From contig JANOAV010000026.1 of NCBI GenBank assembly GCA_031411295.1, positions 1 through 22,046 on the forward strand: a stretch of 22,046 bases of DNA, in the 5' to 3' direction. This document shows positions 6,472 to 17,700 of this stretch, one piece after another (within the stretch, counting starts at the first letter, position 1; every line of letters begins with the position of its first letter). A program made the position numbers and the translations under genes. The notes beneath the pieces were generated by a model, which was given only the letters and a program-made list of their open reading frames with translations, made no database searches and was not told the origin of the DNA. This stretch comes from Verrucomicrobiales bacterium. GTDB taxonomy: Bacteria; Verrucomicrobiota; Verrucomicrobiia; Verrucomicrobiales; V1-33.

Positions 6472-7584
6472 ATGCCACCAGTCATCCTCTTCCGCTCAGT
6501 TCGCTCGATCCCGCATGTATCCCTCAGGGGATGCCTGCTAGCGATCCTGCTTTGCTGGTTTGTCGCGCCCTCTGTGGGACACGCGGGGGACCGCCCTCGA
6601 AAAGTCCTGAGGGTGGGTTATTTTAACGATTTCCTGGTTCAAGACGCACCTGAAGGAGAGGCCCGCACTCAGTTCGAACCTTGGGTGCGTGAACTGGTGA
6701 GTCACACCGCCGATTTTGGGCGGGTGGAAGCGGATCGTCCAGTCGCCTATGATGAATTCATTTCGCGCCTCACCAAATCGAACGATCCTCCCTGGGACGT
6801 GTTTCCGATGTATGCCTACGATTTTGTTGAATTGAAGCAGCGTTGTAATCTGGACGCACTGCTGGTGCCTGATTGGGGCGGGGGTCCGCTGGTGGAATAC
6901 GCCGTTTACGTGGCGCAAAATTCTCGCATCAATAAGCTGGGTGATCTCCAGCAGAAGAACGTGCTCTTTGAAATTGGCGGACGCGGTGAATTACCCTTCT
7001 CTTGGTTCGATAACCAGTTTCGCAAACAGAACCAGAATAAAGCGGCCCAGGAACTGTGTAACATCCACCAAGTCGGCTCCGCCATTCAAGCTGCGCTGCC
7101 CGTGTATTTTGAAGAGGATGGCATGGAGGCGTGCCTTTTATCAGCCGCTGGATTCCAGCAGTTAGTGCGGGGCAACCCGGCCTTGGGCACCTTTCTGCGG
7201 CCCATCGCTACTGCCCCCGCAATGCTGAGCCACGTCATCGCTTGTCGGAAGGATCTTCCTCAGGATTATCGCCAGAACGTCGTTAGCATTTCCGTGGCCT
7301 TTAGTGAGCGCATCGGAAAAGTAGCCAATGCGCTGCACTTCAGCCCCTTCAAGCCGGAATATCTTGAAAGTGTGGAACAGGAGTGGCTGCAATATTTGAC
7401 CAACGGAATGAGCGATCAGCGCTCTTCTCCGTATCAACCGAATGCAGCGCCCAAGCCCAAGAACCTTATTGAGGCTCGCGCTGCGGCTGCCGGTAGTGCC
7501 GAAGCCAGCCGGAGTTCAAATTCAGCCCGTGGGGAGGGAACGTATTCCTACCCCACCCCACCCCCTGCCAAGCTCAGCCGCTAG
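6472..7584 (+). CDS. Periplasmic substrate-binding protein, PhnD/phosphonate-binding-like (type 2 PBP fold), orphan, 370 aa
   Basis: Signal peptide (GCLLAILLCWFVAPSVGHA|GD), 'VLRVGYF', 'ARTQFEPWVREL', 'YAVYVAQNSRINKLGDLQQKNV' (cf. family pattern vvrkdsgikslaDLkGk), 'LRPIATAPAM...IACRKDLP'. Low-complexity Ala/Ser/Pro tail. Start at ATG 6472 because the upstream ORF extension is the AT-rich promoter tract. Confidence 0.7.
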   Translation: MPPVILFRSVRSIPHVSLRGCLLAILLCWFVAPSVGHAGDRPRKVLRVGYFNDFLVQDAPEGEARTQFEPWVRELVSHTADFGRVEADRPVAYDEFISRLTKSNDPPWDVFPMYAYDFVELKQRCNLDALLVPDWGGGPLVEYAVYVAQNSRINKLGDLQQKNVLFEIGGRGELPFSWFDNQFRKQNQNKAAQELCNIHQVGSAIQAALPVYFEEDGMEACLLSAAGFQQLVRGNPALGTFLRPIATAPAMLSHVIACRKDLPQDYRQNVVSISVAFSERIGKVANALHFSPFKPEYLESVEQEWLQYLTNGMSDQRSSPYQPNAAPKPKNLIEARAAAAGSAEASRSSNSARGEGTYSYPTPPPAKLSR

Positions 7585-7607
7585 CAGATCCCCCTTGTTG
7601 CCACCTC

Positions 7608-9026
7608 ATGGAATCAGCGACTCCCTTCCGACGCACCAGCATTTTGCGACGCATCATGCTGATGTCGTGGCTGGTAGCCGTCATGAGTGTGGTGGTGTTC
7701 GCCATCTTTATGATTCGTTATCAGCGGGAGCGGATTCAACGCGAGTTGCAGGCCCGCGCCAGTAACCTCGCCAGTGCCATTGAGGATGAAATCGGATCGG
7801 CCATCGTGCAAGGCAAGCGGAGTGTCGTGGTGGTGCATTGCCTCAAGGTGCTGGCGAAGAATGCAGACGTAAACTATGTGGTCATTACCTGGGCGGGCGG
7901 AGACTCATTGGTCCATTTCAATCCCGGGCAATACCGCCGGGAGACGCTCCCACGCTTTTGGTTTGATGATCAAGCAGACCCGGGCCAAGCTAAAATTCTC
8001 CCGACCGATTTACCCGGCATGGACAAACGGCTTAGCTTCCATTGGCGGCAGCAGTGCTCTTCCGAAGGGATTCCCGGCGGCTATATCCATCTGGGCATGA
8101 GCCTGGAGGGTTACGAGCAGAACGTCTTGGGAGTCTATATCACCACGGGGATCGTGGGGAGCCTGACCTTGATCATCGGCGGGGTGGCGGCCTGGATTTT
8201 CGCCCGCAAGCTGACCCGCCCGATCAGCAGCCTCCAGGCCTTTGCCCACAAAGTTGCCACAGGCTCGCTCAACGCCCGGGCCACGGTCGAATCTTCCGAT
8301 GAGATCGGTGAACTAGCCCATAGTTTCAATCATATGGTGGAGGCGCTTGAGCATAGTCAGAATCGGCTCCGGGATTCCGTTAAGTCCGAGGCCGCCGCCC
8401 GGGAAAAGGAAATTCTCCTGCGGGAAATCCACCACCGCGTGAAGAATAACATGCAGATCCTCACCAGCCTGCTGCGGCTGCAAAGCCGCCGTGCCAACTC
8501 GGAGGAACTCCGCACCGTGCTCCAGGAGTCCGAAAGCCGGATCCGCTCCATGGGCCTGCTGCATGAGAAACTCTATCAATCCGAAAACGTTAGCTCCATC
8601 GACATGGCAGGCTATTTGCGCACCCTCACCAATGAGCTATTGCGCGTGAACACGCCCGCCGGAAAGAAACGCGAGATCCGCATCAACGTCCGGGAAATTT
8701 TGCTCGGCATGGACACGGCACTCCCTTGTGGTCTCATCGTCACGGAACTCGTCTCCAATGCTCTCAAGTATGCCTTTGGCGAGCAGGCAGAGGGGATCAT
8801 TTACGTCAGTATCTCCAAGGAGACCAATGGCGAATTCAGCCTCATCGTCTGGGACAATGGCGTCGGGATTCCTGATGACTTCGATATTTCACGCAGTCAA
8901 TCGCTGGGCATGAAACTTGTGACCATGCTCGTGGATCAACTCAGCGGCAAAGTGAGTTTCTCCGGTCATCAAGGCACCCGTTGGGAGATCAAGTTCCGTG
9001 AAACCGCCTACAAAGTTCGCCTCTAA
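7608..9026 (+). CDS. Membrane sensor histidine kinase, HAMP + HisKA_2 (HWE/HisKA_2 superfamily), 472 aa
   Basis: Two TM segments flank a ~135-aa periplasmic domain. HAMP (LTRPISSL...DEIGELAHSFNHMV), H-box LLREIHHRVKNNMQ, RIRSMGLLHEKLY, N-box ELVSNALKYAF, DNGVG, SLGMKLV. Confidence 0.95.
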   Translation: MESATPFRRTSILRRIMLMSWLVAVMSVVVFAIFMIRYQRERIQRELQARASNLASAIEDEIGSAIVQGKRSVVVVHCLKVLAKNADVNYVVITWAGGDSLVHFNPGQYRRETLPRFWFDDQADPGQAKILPTDLPGMDKRLSFHWRQQCSSEGIPGGYIHLGMSLEGYEQNVLGVYITTGIVGSLTLIIGGVAAWIFARKLTRPISSLQAFAHKVATGSLNARATVESSDEIGELAHSFNHMVEALEHSQNRLRDSVKSEAAAREKEILLREIHHRVKNNMQILTSLLRLQSRRANSEELRTVLQESESRIRSMGLLHEKLYQSENVSSIDMAGYLRTLTNELLRVNTPAGKKREIRINVREILLGMDTALPCGLIVTELVSNALKYAFGEQAEGIIYVSISKETNGEFSLIVWDNGVGIPDDFDISRSQSLGMKLVTMLVDQLSGKVSFSGHQGTRWEIKFRETAYKVRL

Positions 9027-9066
9027 CCATTAACCTAGCAATCTCATTTCAACTGTCCCTAAAATT

Positions 9067-11691
9067 ATGACTGGCCGTCGCATCTTAGTTGTCGATGACG
9101 AGCGCATCGTCGCGCAGGACATCATGGAGGTTATTACCCACATGGGTTGCGAGGTGGCGGGCACCGCTTTGTCAGGACCGGAGGCCATCGAAAAAGCCGG
9201 CTCCCTGCGCCCCGATCTCATCCTCATGGATATCACTCTCCAGGGGCAAATGGACGGAGTGGAGGCGGCCACCATCATTCGTGAGCGTTATGATATAGCC
9301 TGCGTTTTCCTGACGGCTTACTCTGACAGTTCCTATCTGGAACGGGCCAAGTTAACCCAGCCCGCCGGCTACATGGTCAAGCCCTTCGAAGAGGGCGGCT
9401 TGCGGTCAACGGTCGAAATCGCGCTCTACAAAGTTGACTTGGAGCGGGCGCTCAAGGAAAGCAACGAGTGGCTCCAAACCACCCTCATGTCGATTGGGGA
9501 CGGAGTCATTGCCACGAGCAACGCGGGACGCGTGCAGTTCATGAATCCGCTGGCGGAAAAAATGACCGGGTGGAGCGGCCCCGAAGCCGTAGGAGCTTGG
9601 ATCGAGGACGTCTTTCCCATTGCCAACGAGACCACGGGTGAGCGGGTCACCAATCCAGCGCTGGAGGCACTCCGCACCGGAAAGGTCGTTAATCTCGCGA
9701 AGGGCACCGTGCTCGTGCAACGCGACGGCACCACCATCCCCATTGATGATTCCGGGGCCCCCATCCGGAACAACAAGGGCGAGATCATCGGCTCTGTGCT
9801 AGTCTTCCGCGACACCACAGAAGCCCGCCGGGCAGAGCGTGCAGTCAAACTACACCAAGAACGACTCGAAGAGCTAGTGCTGGAGCGCACTGGGGAACTC
9901 ACTCAGACCAATCATCGCCTCGTCAAAGAAATCGACGACCGCATCAGAGCAGAAGAAGAAATTCGCCATCGGGCCAACTGTGAGAATCTGCTTTCAGGAA
10001 TTTCCGCCGCGTTCCTTCGCGCCAAGCCACCCGAGGTCAATGCCACCATCGAAGTCATCCTCGAACGCATCGGCTCATTTCTGCAAACGGATCGTTGTTA
10101 CCTCCTGAAAAGCACCCCCGATGGACAAAGCTTCGGCTGCTCCCACGAATGGTGCGGCCCCAGCATTCAGCCTCTCAAGGCCTATTTCACCAAAGTTCCG
10201 GGGCACGCTCTGCCGTTGGTTAGCAATCCAACTGCGGGCGGACGGAACTTCGTGGTGGGGCAACTCGCAGAAAGTGCCGACACCGCCATCAATCCGCAAC
10301 TGGCTCAGGCACGGCAAGCCCGCTCCTTGCTGATGATTCAATTACTCGAGGAGGAAGTCTGCATCGGATTCCTCGGGATCGATGTTTGCGGAACCAATCG
10401 CCATTGGCGCAACGAAGAGGCGACCCTCCTGGCCATGGTTTCCGATCCCCTCATCAGCGCCCTCCGTCGTCAGCGCATTGAGGACGAAAAATCCCTCCTC
10501 CAAGGACAGCTCAATCAATCGCAAAAAATGGAAGCCGTGGGCAAACTCTCGAGCGGCATTGCTCATGATTTCAACAATATGCTGCTGCCCATCATCGGTT
10601 ATGCCGATATGGTGTTGGCCCGCTGCGCGCCCGGAGACGAAAGCATCTCCGATCTCAAGGAAATCCGCCGCGCAGCCGAACAAGCCGCCACCTTGACCCG
10701 GCAGCTCCTCGCCTTTAGTCGGAAACAAGTCGTCAAGAAATCCATCTTCGACGTCAATCAAGCGCTCACGAACATGAGCGGCATGCTCCGCCGGATCATC
10801 GGAGAAGACGTCCGCATGACCATGAATCTGGCCCCCGATCTCCTCGCCATCCAAGCCGATGCCGGTCAACTCGAGCAAATCATCATGAACCTTTGCGTCA
10901 ATGCCCGGGACGCCATGCCCGGCGGCGGGGACATCACCATCACCACTCGCAACGTGAATGGGTCGCTGGAACCGGTCCCCCTCTGCAGCGGCCAGCGCGG
11001 ACAGGGCGAGTTCATTTGCATCAGTCTATCAGATAGTGGGGGTGGCATTCCCCAGGAAATTGCGGACCGCATATTCGAACCCTTCTTCACCACCAAAGGC
11101 ACTGAAGGCACTGGCTTGGGGTTGTCCGTAATTTACGGCATCCTCCAGGAACATGGCGGCGGCATCAGCCTGCAAACTGCTCCTGCTAAGGGCACCACCT
11201 TCAGCATCTATTTCCAAGGTATTCATGCCAGCCTCCCCAAGGCAGATTCCCCTGCCATCGCTGCTGTGACCACCGCTCCCAGCGAAAAGCCTTTCAAAGG
11301 CCATGGGCAGCGCGTCCTGCTCGTCGAGGACGAAGAAGCCGTGAATCGTTTAGTTCGCACCGCCTTAACGCAGAATGGATATCATGTTACCAGTGCCAAT
11401 TGCGTGCGGGATGCCCACGAAAAATTCACCGGTGAGCAAGGCAATTTTGACATGATCTTCAGCGATGCCGTCCTCCCCGATGGCAACGGGGTTGATCTCA
11501 TCAGCGAGTTCAAACATCGCAATCCCCGCCTCCGCGTGCTCCTGAGCAGCGGTTACACTGACAAGCACCATCTCATGGACATGGCCAAACAGCAGGAAAT
11601 CAGCTTCCTACCCAAACCCTACTCTCTCCCACGGCTCTTCCAAACCGTGGCCGAAGTTATGGAGGATCAGCACTCTCACATGCTGATCTAA
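9067..11691 (+). CDS. Soluble hybrid histidine kinase REC-PAS-GAF-HisKA-HATPase-REC (CckA-like core), 874 aa
   Basis: N-terminal REC (ILVVDDE, LMDITL, FLTAY, VKPF); PAS (SIGDGVIAT..FMNPLAEKMTGW..VLVFRDTTE); GAF (DRCYLL..SHEWC..GFLGID..W); H-box GIAHDFNNML; NLCVNARDAM; DSGGGI; IFEPFFTTK; GTGLGLS; C-terminal REC (LLVEDE, FSDAVLPDGNG, SSGY, LPKPY). No TM segment. Confidence 0.95.
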   Translation: MTGRRILVVDDERIVAQDIMEVITHMGCEVAGTALSGPEAIEKAGSLRPDLILMDITLQGQMDGVEAATIIRERYDIACVFLTAYSDSSYLERAKLTQPAGYMVKPFEEGGLRSTVEIALYKVDLERALKESNEWLQTTLMSIGDGVIATSNAGRVQFMNPLAEKMTGWSGPEAVGAWIEDVFPIANETTGERVTNPALEALRTGKVVNLAKGTVLVQRDGTTIPIDDSGAPIRNNKGEIIGSVLVFRDTTEARRAERAVKLHQERLEELVLERTGELTQTNHRLVKEIDDRIRAEEEIRHRANCENLLSGISAAFLRAKPPEVNATIEVILERIGSFLQTDRCYLLKSTPDGQSFGCSHEWCGPSIQPLKAYFTKVPGHALPLVSNPTAGGRNFVVGQLAESADTAINPQLAQARQARSLLMIQLLEEEVCIGFLGIDVCGTNRHWRNEEATLLAMVSDPLISALRRQRIEDEKSLLQGQLNQSQKMEAVGKLSSGIAHDFNNMLLPIIGYADMVLARCAPGDESISDLKEIRRAAEQAATLTRQLLAFSRKQVVKKSIFDVNQALTNMSGMLRRIIGEDVRMTMNLAPDLLAIQADAGQLEQIIMNLCVNARDAMPGGGDITITTRNVNGSLEPVPLCSGQRGQGEFICISLSDSGGGIPQEIADRIFEPFFTTKGTEGTGLGLSVIYGILQEHGGGISLQTAPAKGTTFSIYFQGIHASLPKADSPAIAAVTTAPSEKPFKGHGQRVLLVEDEEAVNRLVRTALTQNGYHVTSANCVRDAHEKFTGEQGNFDMIFSDAVLPDGNGVDLISEFKHRNPRLRVLLSSGYTDKHHLMDMAKQQEISFLPKPYSLPRLFQTVAEVMEDQHSHMLI

Positions 11692-11722
11692 CCACGGCGC
11701 GCGGTTGCAATCGGTGTCAGCT

Positions 11723-14700
11723 TTACTTCCGGAAATGGAAGAACCGCCGCCGCTCTTTGAACCCTGCCAAGCCAAACAAGGCCAGGAGACTCGCGATGGC
11801 ACTGGGCTCGGGAACTGGCACCAGTTCATTCCCAATCAGTCCACCGCCGCCCGTGCCAATGAGGGAAGCCGTATCGCCCACCGGGCCGCCGTAGAAGTTC
11901 ACATGGAGGTCATCCAGCGCAACCCCACCTGCGGTAAAGATGAGTTTATCCGTCCCGACGGTCCAAGCAGCACCGGTGTAATTCCACACGTTCAAGAGAC
12001 CGGTCCAAGTGCCTATATTGGCAAACGTTAGTGCCGAGCCAGCGCTGGAACCCATGTCAAAGTTGACGGTGTTGGTCACTGAAAGTGCCCCCGTAGTATC
12101 GCTGTAGCCTCCGGTATTCAGGGTGGCTCCAGAACTGAGGTTGAGGGCCGCTGTGTCTGGCAGCGTATTGCTGGAAGCCATCAGGAGGGTGCCGCCATTG
12201 ATGTTGGTATTTCCAGTGTAGGTGTTGTTCCCACTAATCGTGGTCGTCCCGGTGCCGACTTTGGTTAAACTACCGTCCGTGCCGGAAGCAACTCCTGAGA
12301 AGGTGGTGTTGGCGTTATCCAAGCCGAAGACCAGCGACCTGTCGCCCAGCACTACAGATGAGGTGGAAGCTCCGCTGAGTGATCCCACGGTCTCGCTGGG
12401 TGAGGTGATGCCAGCGATGTCGAAGATGGTGCTGGCGGCCAAGTTCACTGCTGAGGTATCCGCCAAGGCACCGCTGCCAGTTAGAATCAGGCTGCCGCCC
12501 GTAAGGTTCGTCCCCCCCGTGAACGTCTGCGCTGCGGTCATCGTCTGGCTGCCGGATCCTTCCTTAGTGAAGCCTCCCGTGCCGGAAATAACGCCACCGA
12601 ACGAAGTGGAACCATTGTTGCCTCCGGTCACCAAAGTCTTGGCTCCCAAGACCACACTGGAACCAGCCACGCCCGCGAGGGAACCGATGGTCTCGCTAGT
12701 CGCGGAAATGCCGCTAAGGTCGAGGCTGCCAGTTGCTCCGTTGAGGTCCACCGTGCCAGCATTTGCCAGCGATCCCGCTCCGCTCAACGACAGCGTGCCA
12801 GCAGCGATGATGGTGCCACCAGAGTAGGTTTGAGCAGCATTAAAGGTCGTCGTCCCGGTGCCCGCCTGGATCACGGTGCCTACTCCACTGATGGCATTCA
12901 GAACGACTTGCGCATTGGAGCGATTGAATACCAGCGCGGCATCGTTAACCACATTACCTGAACCCAGCGTGCCCGTCGTGCCCGCCGCACCGATCTGCAG
13001 GGTGCCTGCGGTGATTGTCGTCACCCCGGTATAACTGTTGTTGTTGGCCAGCACCATCGTGCCGTTACTGATCTTCGTGAGACCGCCGACGACACCAGAG
13101 GGATTTTCCAATTCGGTGCTTACCGTCAAATCCGCCGCCGTTGAAGTCGTGACATCCGCCACATCAAAGGTGCGCACACCGTTCAAGGAGAAGCCGCTGT
13201 TGGCATCAGAGCGGGAGACATCGCGCGTGATGAACGATGGCGCGGTTCCAGTTACGGTCACGTTGCCGTTCAGCAGATAGTTTTCACCATCCGTGCTGCC
13301 GATGCCCGTTCCTGTAGTAATGGTGGCCCCGTTGAGGCTGACATTTCCCAGGTGAACCAGGTTGCTGTTACCTGTGTTAGTCAACGATGTCCCAGCCGAG
13401 AGATTGACCGCTGGAGCAGAGGCTCCGGTGGCCCAAACGTTGGTCGCACCAGCTACCAGCGAGCCATTCAAGACATTAACCGTGCCGCTGAAATTCCCCC
13501 CCACATTCAACGTAAGGACGGCACCGCCATCTACGTTCAACGTTCCTGCACCTGCCGTAGCAGAGTTTAACGCGCCCGTTTGCGTTACGCTGCCAGTGCG
13601 CAGATAACTCAAGGAAGTGCCAGTCGCCAAGCTGACGGCACCAGTTCCCAACTGTCCAGACGCGCCACCCGCACCCACTTGCAGAATACCGCCGCTGATG
13701 GTGGTAGTGCCGCCATAGGTATTGGCTCCGCTGATAATTTGCGTGCCCGTGCCAGCTTTCACCAGGGTCAGGGTATTGGCACCGGATCCTTGCATAATCC
13801 CGCTGAAGCTGCCGCCGCCGTTGCTGGCTCCGACGGTCAGGGTGCTGTTGGCGGAGTTAATCCCTAAGGTGCCGGCCCCGTTGAGGCCGTTGATGCTTTC
13901 ATTGCCGCTGACGGACAAATTCAGCAATGCGCCGGAATTGACGGTTACATTGGCCGTGTCTGGAATCGCATTCAAGACACCGCTAACAGTTCCGATCTGC
14001 AGCGATCCCGCTCCAGTCGTGCTGACGATCAGGTCACCAACCCAAGTATTGGCGCTCATGAAGAGCGAGCGACCGGTGCCGCCCACCGTCACATTTCCCG
14101 TTCCGGAAATATTGTTATAGTCTGTTCGGTCGGCCGCATTGGAATCAAACGTCACATCCTTGGCGAGCGTGATATTTTGGAAGCCCATCACTCCAGTGCT
14201 GCCTACATTCGCTCGGCTTCCCAGGGTGCTGGTGCCGGTGCCTTGATTGGCAATCGTGATGTTGCTGACATAAGTGCTACCCGCGGGACGATTCGTATCG
14301 AGGTAAAGCGAGGTGTTATTCGCCCCGGTCGTCGCGTTGTTCAACGTGATCACACCAGTTCCGAGCGACTGAATGTGCTGAAGATTGACCGCGCCTTGAG
14401 CAATCGTGCTGCCACCCGTAAAGGTATTGGCCACATTGCCAGCCATCGTGAGGGTGGAAGTGCCGGTCTTCAGCAGACTGGTGCCGGCTGTAATGACATT
14501 TCCGGCGGAGGCCGTGAGGGTGTAGTTGTTGCCACCCGCAGAGGAATTCACCGTCAACGCTCCGGGTTGCAGTGACCCGGCCAGCGTAATGCTGGTGGCT
14601 GATCCTAGGGCGGAGTCATCCAATGTGAGGCGGTCCCCAGTGTAGAACGCAGAGGCAGCAGGAGTGGTGTCGTTCCAGTTCGTGGTCGTGGCAATGTTCC

Positions 14701-17700
14701 AAGTATTGCCGCCCGTGCCAGTCCAGATCAGGTCCGCTGTGGCGAAATTCAGGGTGATGGAGGCAGGTCCAACACCGGAACCGGTATCAGCAAAGGCTGG
14801 CGAGCGGAAGTTAGCCGGAGTAGCCAGCGCGAAGTTGCTGGTGGTTCCCGTGAATGTAGTGCCGTAATTCACCACCGTAAACGGCCCCAAGCCTGTTGGC
14901 AGAGCGGTGAAATCCACCAAATTCGTTCCCGTGGTCGTCAACGCACCAGTGGCCGTCAGCGCCCCGCCGGTGTTCGGATCGATGATGATCGTGCCACCGT
15001 TGAACGTAAGCGATGCCGCCGTCACCTCACCAGCCACGCTGGCTCCGGAAGCCAGCGTCAGCGCAGAGTTGGCAATGCTTCCGCCCAGATTCAGGCGCCC
15101 CGCTGTGATGGTCGTGGCTCCGTTGTAAGTGTTCGTTGCGCTCAGCGTGGTGGTGCCGGTGCCGAGCTTTTCAACAGCACCCGTCCCAGAAATAGGCACT
15201 GAGACCGTTTGCGTGCCAGTGGTGGTAAATTTCATGGTGCCGCCACCCGAGAGCGTCACCGAGCCAGCGCCCGTGAGGTTGCGGATCCAGTTGAAGCTAT
15301 TGCCTGCGGAAACGGTATCCAGCGTCAGGGCTCCCGAGATGTCGGGTGCCGTATCCATGCGGACTTGGAGGTTGGTGCCACCGTTCCGGATGGTTCCTCC
15401 CGCCAGCGTGACGGCAGTGGTGACGTTGCGTTGTGTTAGGCCCCATTGGCTGCGGAAGACCAGCGTGCCGCTGTTCAGCGTGTAGCGGTCAATGCCGTCA
15501 GGCATATTGGTGCCGGCCACGGTATCCCCCCGATTATCGAGCACGATGAAGTCAGTGGTAACCATGGAATTTGACTGGGTCATCGTGCCCGTGCCATCAA
15601 CGCCGAGATAGATGCCGCCGTTTTGCTCGGCCCCGCCGGATGGATCTGTGGCGGAGTTGATATTGGCCGCCGTCAGGCTTCCACCGCTGATGTTGTAGGC
15701 ACTCGTGTTGCTAGGCCAGTGGCCGATACGGAAATGAGTGCCAGCGCTAACATCACCACCTGATTGATTCACCGTGCCGGAAAATCCGGACTGTTCACCC
15801 ACGAAGAAGTTGCCAGTGGCGTTGACCGTGCCGCCAGTGATGTTTAAGGTGGCGTTGGTTGCCGCAACGGCTACGGAGACATTTGCGACGTTGACCGTCG
15901 CGCCAGTGCTGATGTTTACAGTGGCTCCTGTTCCCGCGGCACTCGCCCCGATCGTAAGTGCCGTGGCGCTGACAGTTGCCCCTGAGTTCAAATTGAGCGT
16001 CGCCCCTGCCGCGCCAGATCCTACAAGGAGGTTGGTGCCAGTCAGGCCTGCATTAATGCTAGTCACCGTATTGGCGCGGTTCTGACCAACCCGGAAGGTT
16101 CCGCCCGCAGCAGCGGTGCCCAGCGTAATGGCATTGCCATTGCTGCTGAAGCCTGTGCCCTGGGTGTCGAATTCGATGAAAGTATTTCCGAGAGTGGTGC
16201 CGGAACCGGTGATGGTGTTGCCAGCGACCAGCGAGTAGCCGTCAGAACGGTCGAAGCGGAGGAGGCCGACTGCTGCAGCGTCGCCATTGAGGGTGACGGA
16301 GCCTGTGCCGAGTGTGCCAGTCGTTCCGTTGGCTCCAATGGCCAAAACATTCGTGCCTGCGGTTCCTCCAGAGTTTACGAAAATGTTCTTCAGTGAATTC
16401 GCTCCAACGTTGTTGGTTCCAGTCAGGATAAGCGTGCTTCCCGCACCGCCGCCACCCACCACCAGCGTGTCACTCGCATTGGTGACTCCAATGCTTCCGG
16501 AAATGGTGCCCGTGCCGTTGTAGGGCATGATTTTGGCATTGCCATCGAGGGTGATATTGCCGCTAATGATCGCGCCAGTGTCCATGCGGATTGCGCCGAT
16601 ACCTCCTTTGGTTGCACCCGAGTATTGCGTAAGCCCAGAGGCGGCCACCGGCGTGCCACCGGCTGCTTCGGCGTAACCCATGCCAGTCAGGATGAAACTA
16701 TTGGCAAAGGTGCTGCCATTGATCCAAGCCTGCCCGCCGCTGTCCACGTCAATGGTTGCCCCACCAGCGGTTGTCGGTGTCAATGCAATGGTCCGGAAGG
16801 TCCCCAGTCCAGTTGCCACTCCGTTCGTCGGGGAAAGACGCAACGTCCCGGTGAAACCAGTGTTGTTTCCAGAAATGGTCACATCCCGCACAGCCACCGA
16901 GGCCGCGAGGTGCGGATCGATCACCACCGTGCCGGTGCCAGTCAGCGCATTAGCAAGCGTGAAGTTAGCATCGTTCGTCACGGCCCGGAAGGTTGCTCCG
17001 CTAGAAACATTGATCGTGCTGGTGGCAGCAAGGACCGTAGTGGCTGTGCCGGAGTTGTAGTTTGCAATCAGCGTTCCATTCTGAACATTGGTCGCCCCCG
17101 TGTAGGTATTGGCATTGGTCAGGGTGACGGTGTTCGTGCCTTGTTTGAACAACTGACCTGCACCAGCAATGCCCAACGTGCCACCGCTGAGCGTGTAAGC
17201 ATTGGTGGAGTTGTTAAACGTCACGCTGGCAGGCGTCACATTGGCCGTGGTGACCGTGGGATTGAAACTCGGACCAGCGGCGGAGTCGTCGAAAAGCACG
17301 TTGTCACCGTTGAGGTATTTGAAATCGGCGGACTGCCAGTTCAGCACGTTGTTGTTGTCCCACACACCACCGATCACGTTGCCGTTCCATTTCACAGTGC
17401 CTGCGGTCACGTCGAGATTGATGGCTCCGCCAGCATCTGTGAAATTAACCACGTTATGCCCGACTGGAGTGCTGAGGGTGAAATTTGCAACTCCACCACT
17501 CGCCAGCGTGCCATAGCTGATCAACGGATAGACTCCCGTGACCCAGCCTGCTCCGCCCAACGCGACGTTCACGGTATTGGTGCCGCTCAAATTCAGCGCC
17601 CCCGCACCCAGCGCAATTTTATCGAGCACCGTGCCCGTGAAGTCCGCGTTAATGATCGCCCCACCGCTAAACGTTAGTCCGCCCGCGGTTAAAGTTGCCG

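Noticed and set aside
11692..11722. Bidirectional terminator between the convergent kinase and giant genes
   Set aside because: Only a weak, mismatched stem (aacc..ggtt) and no U-tract.
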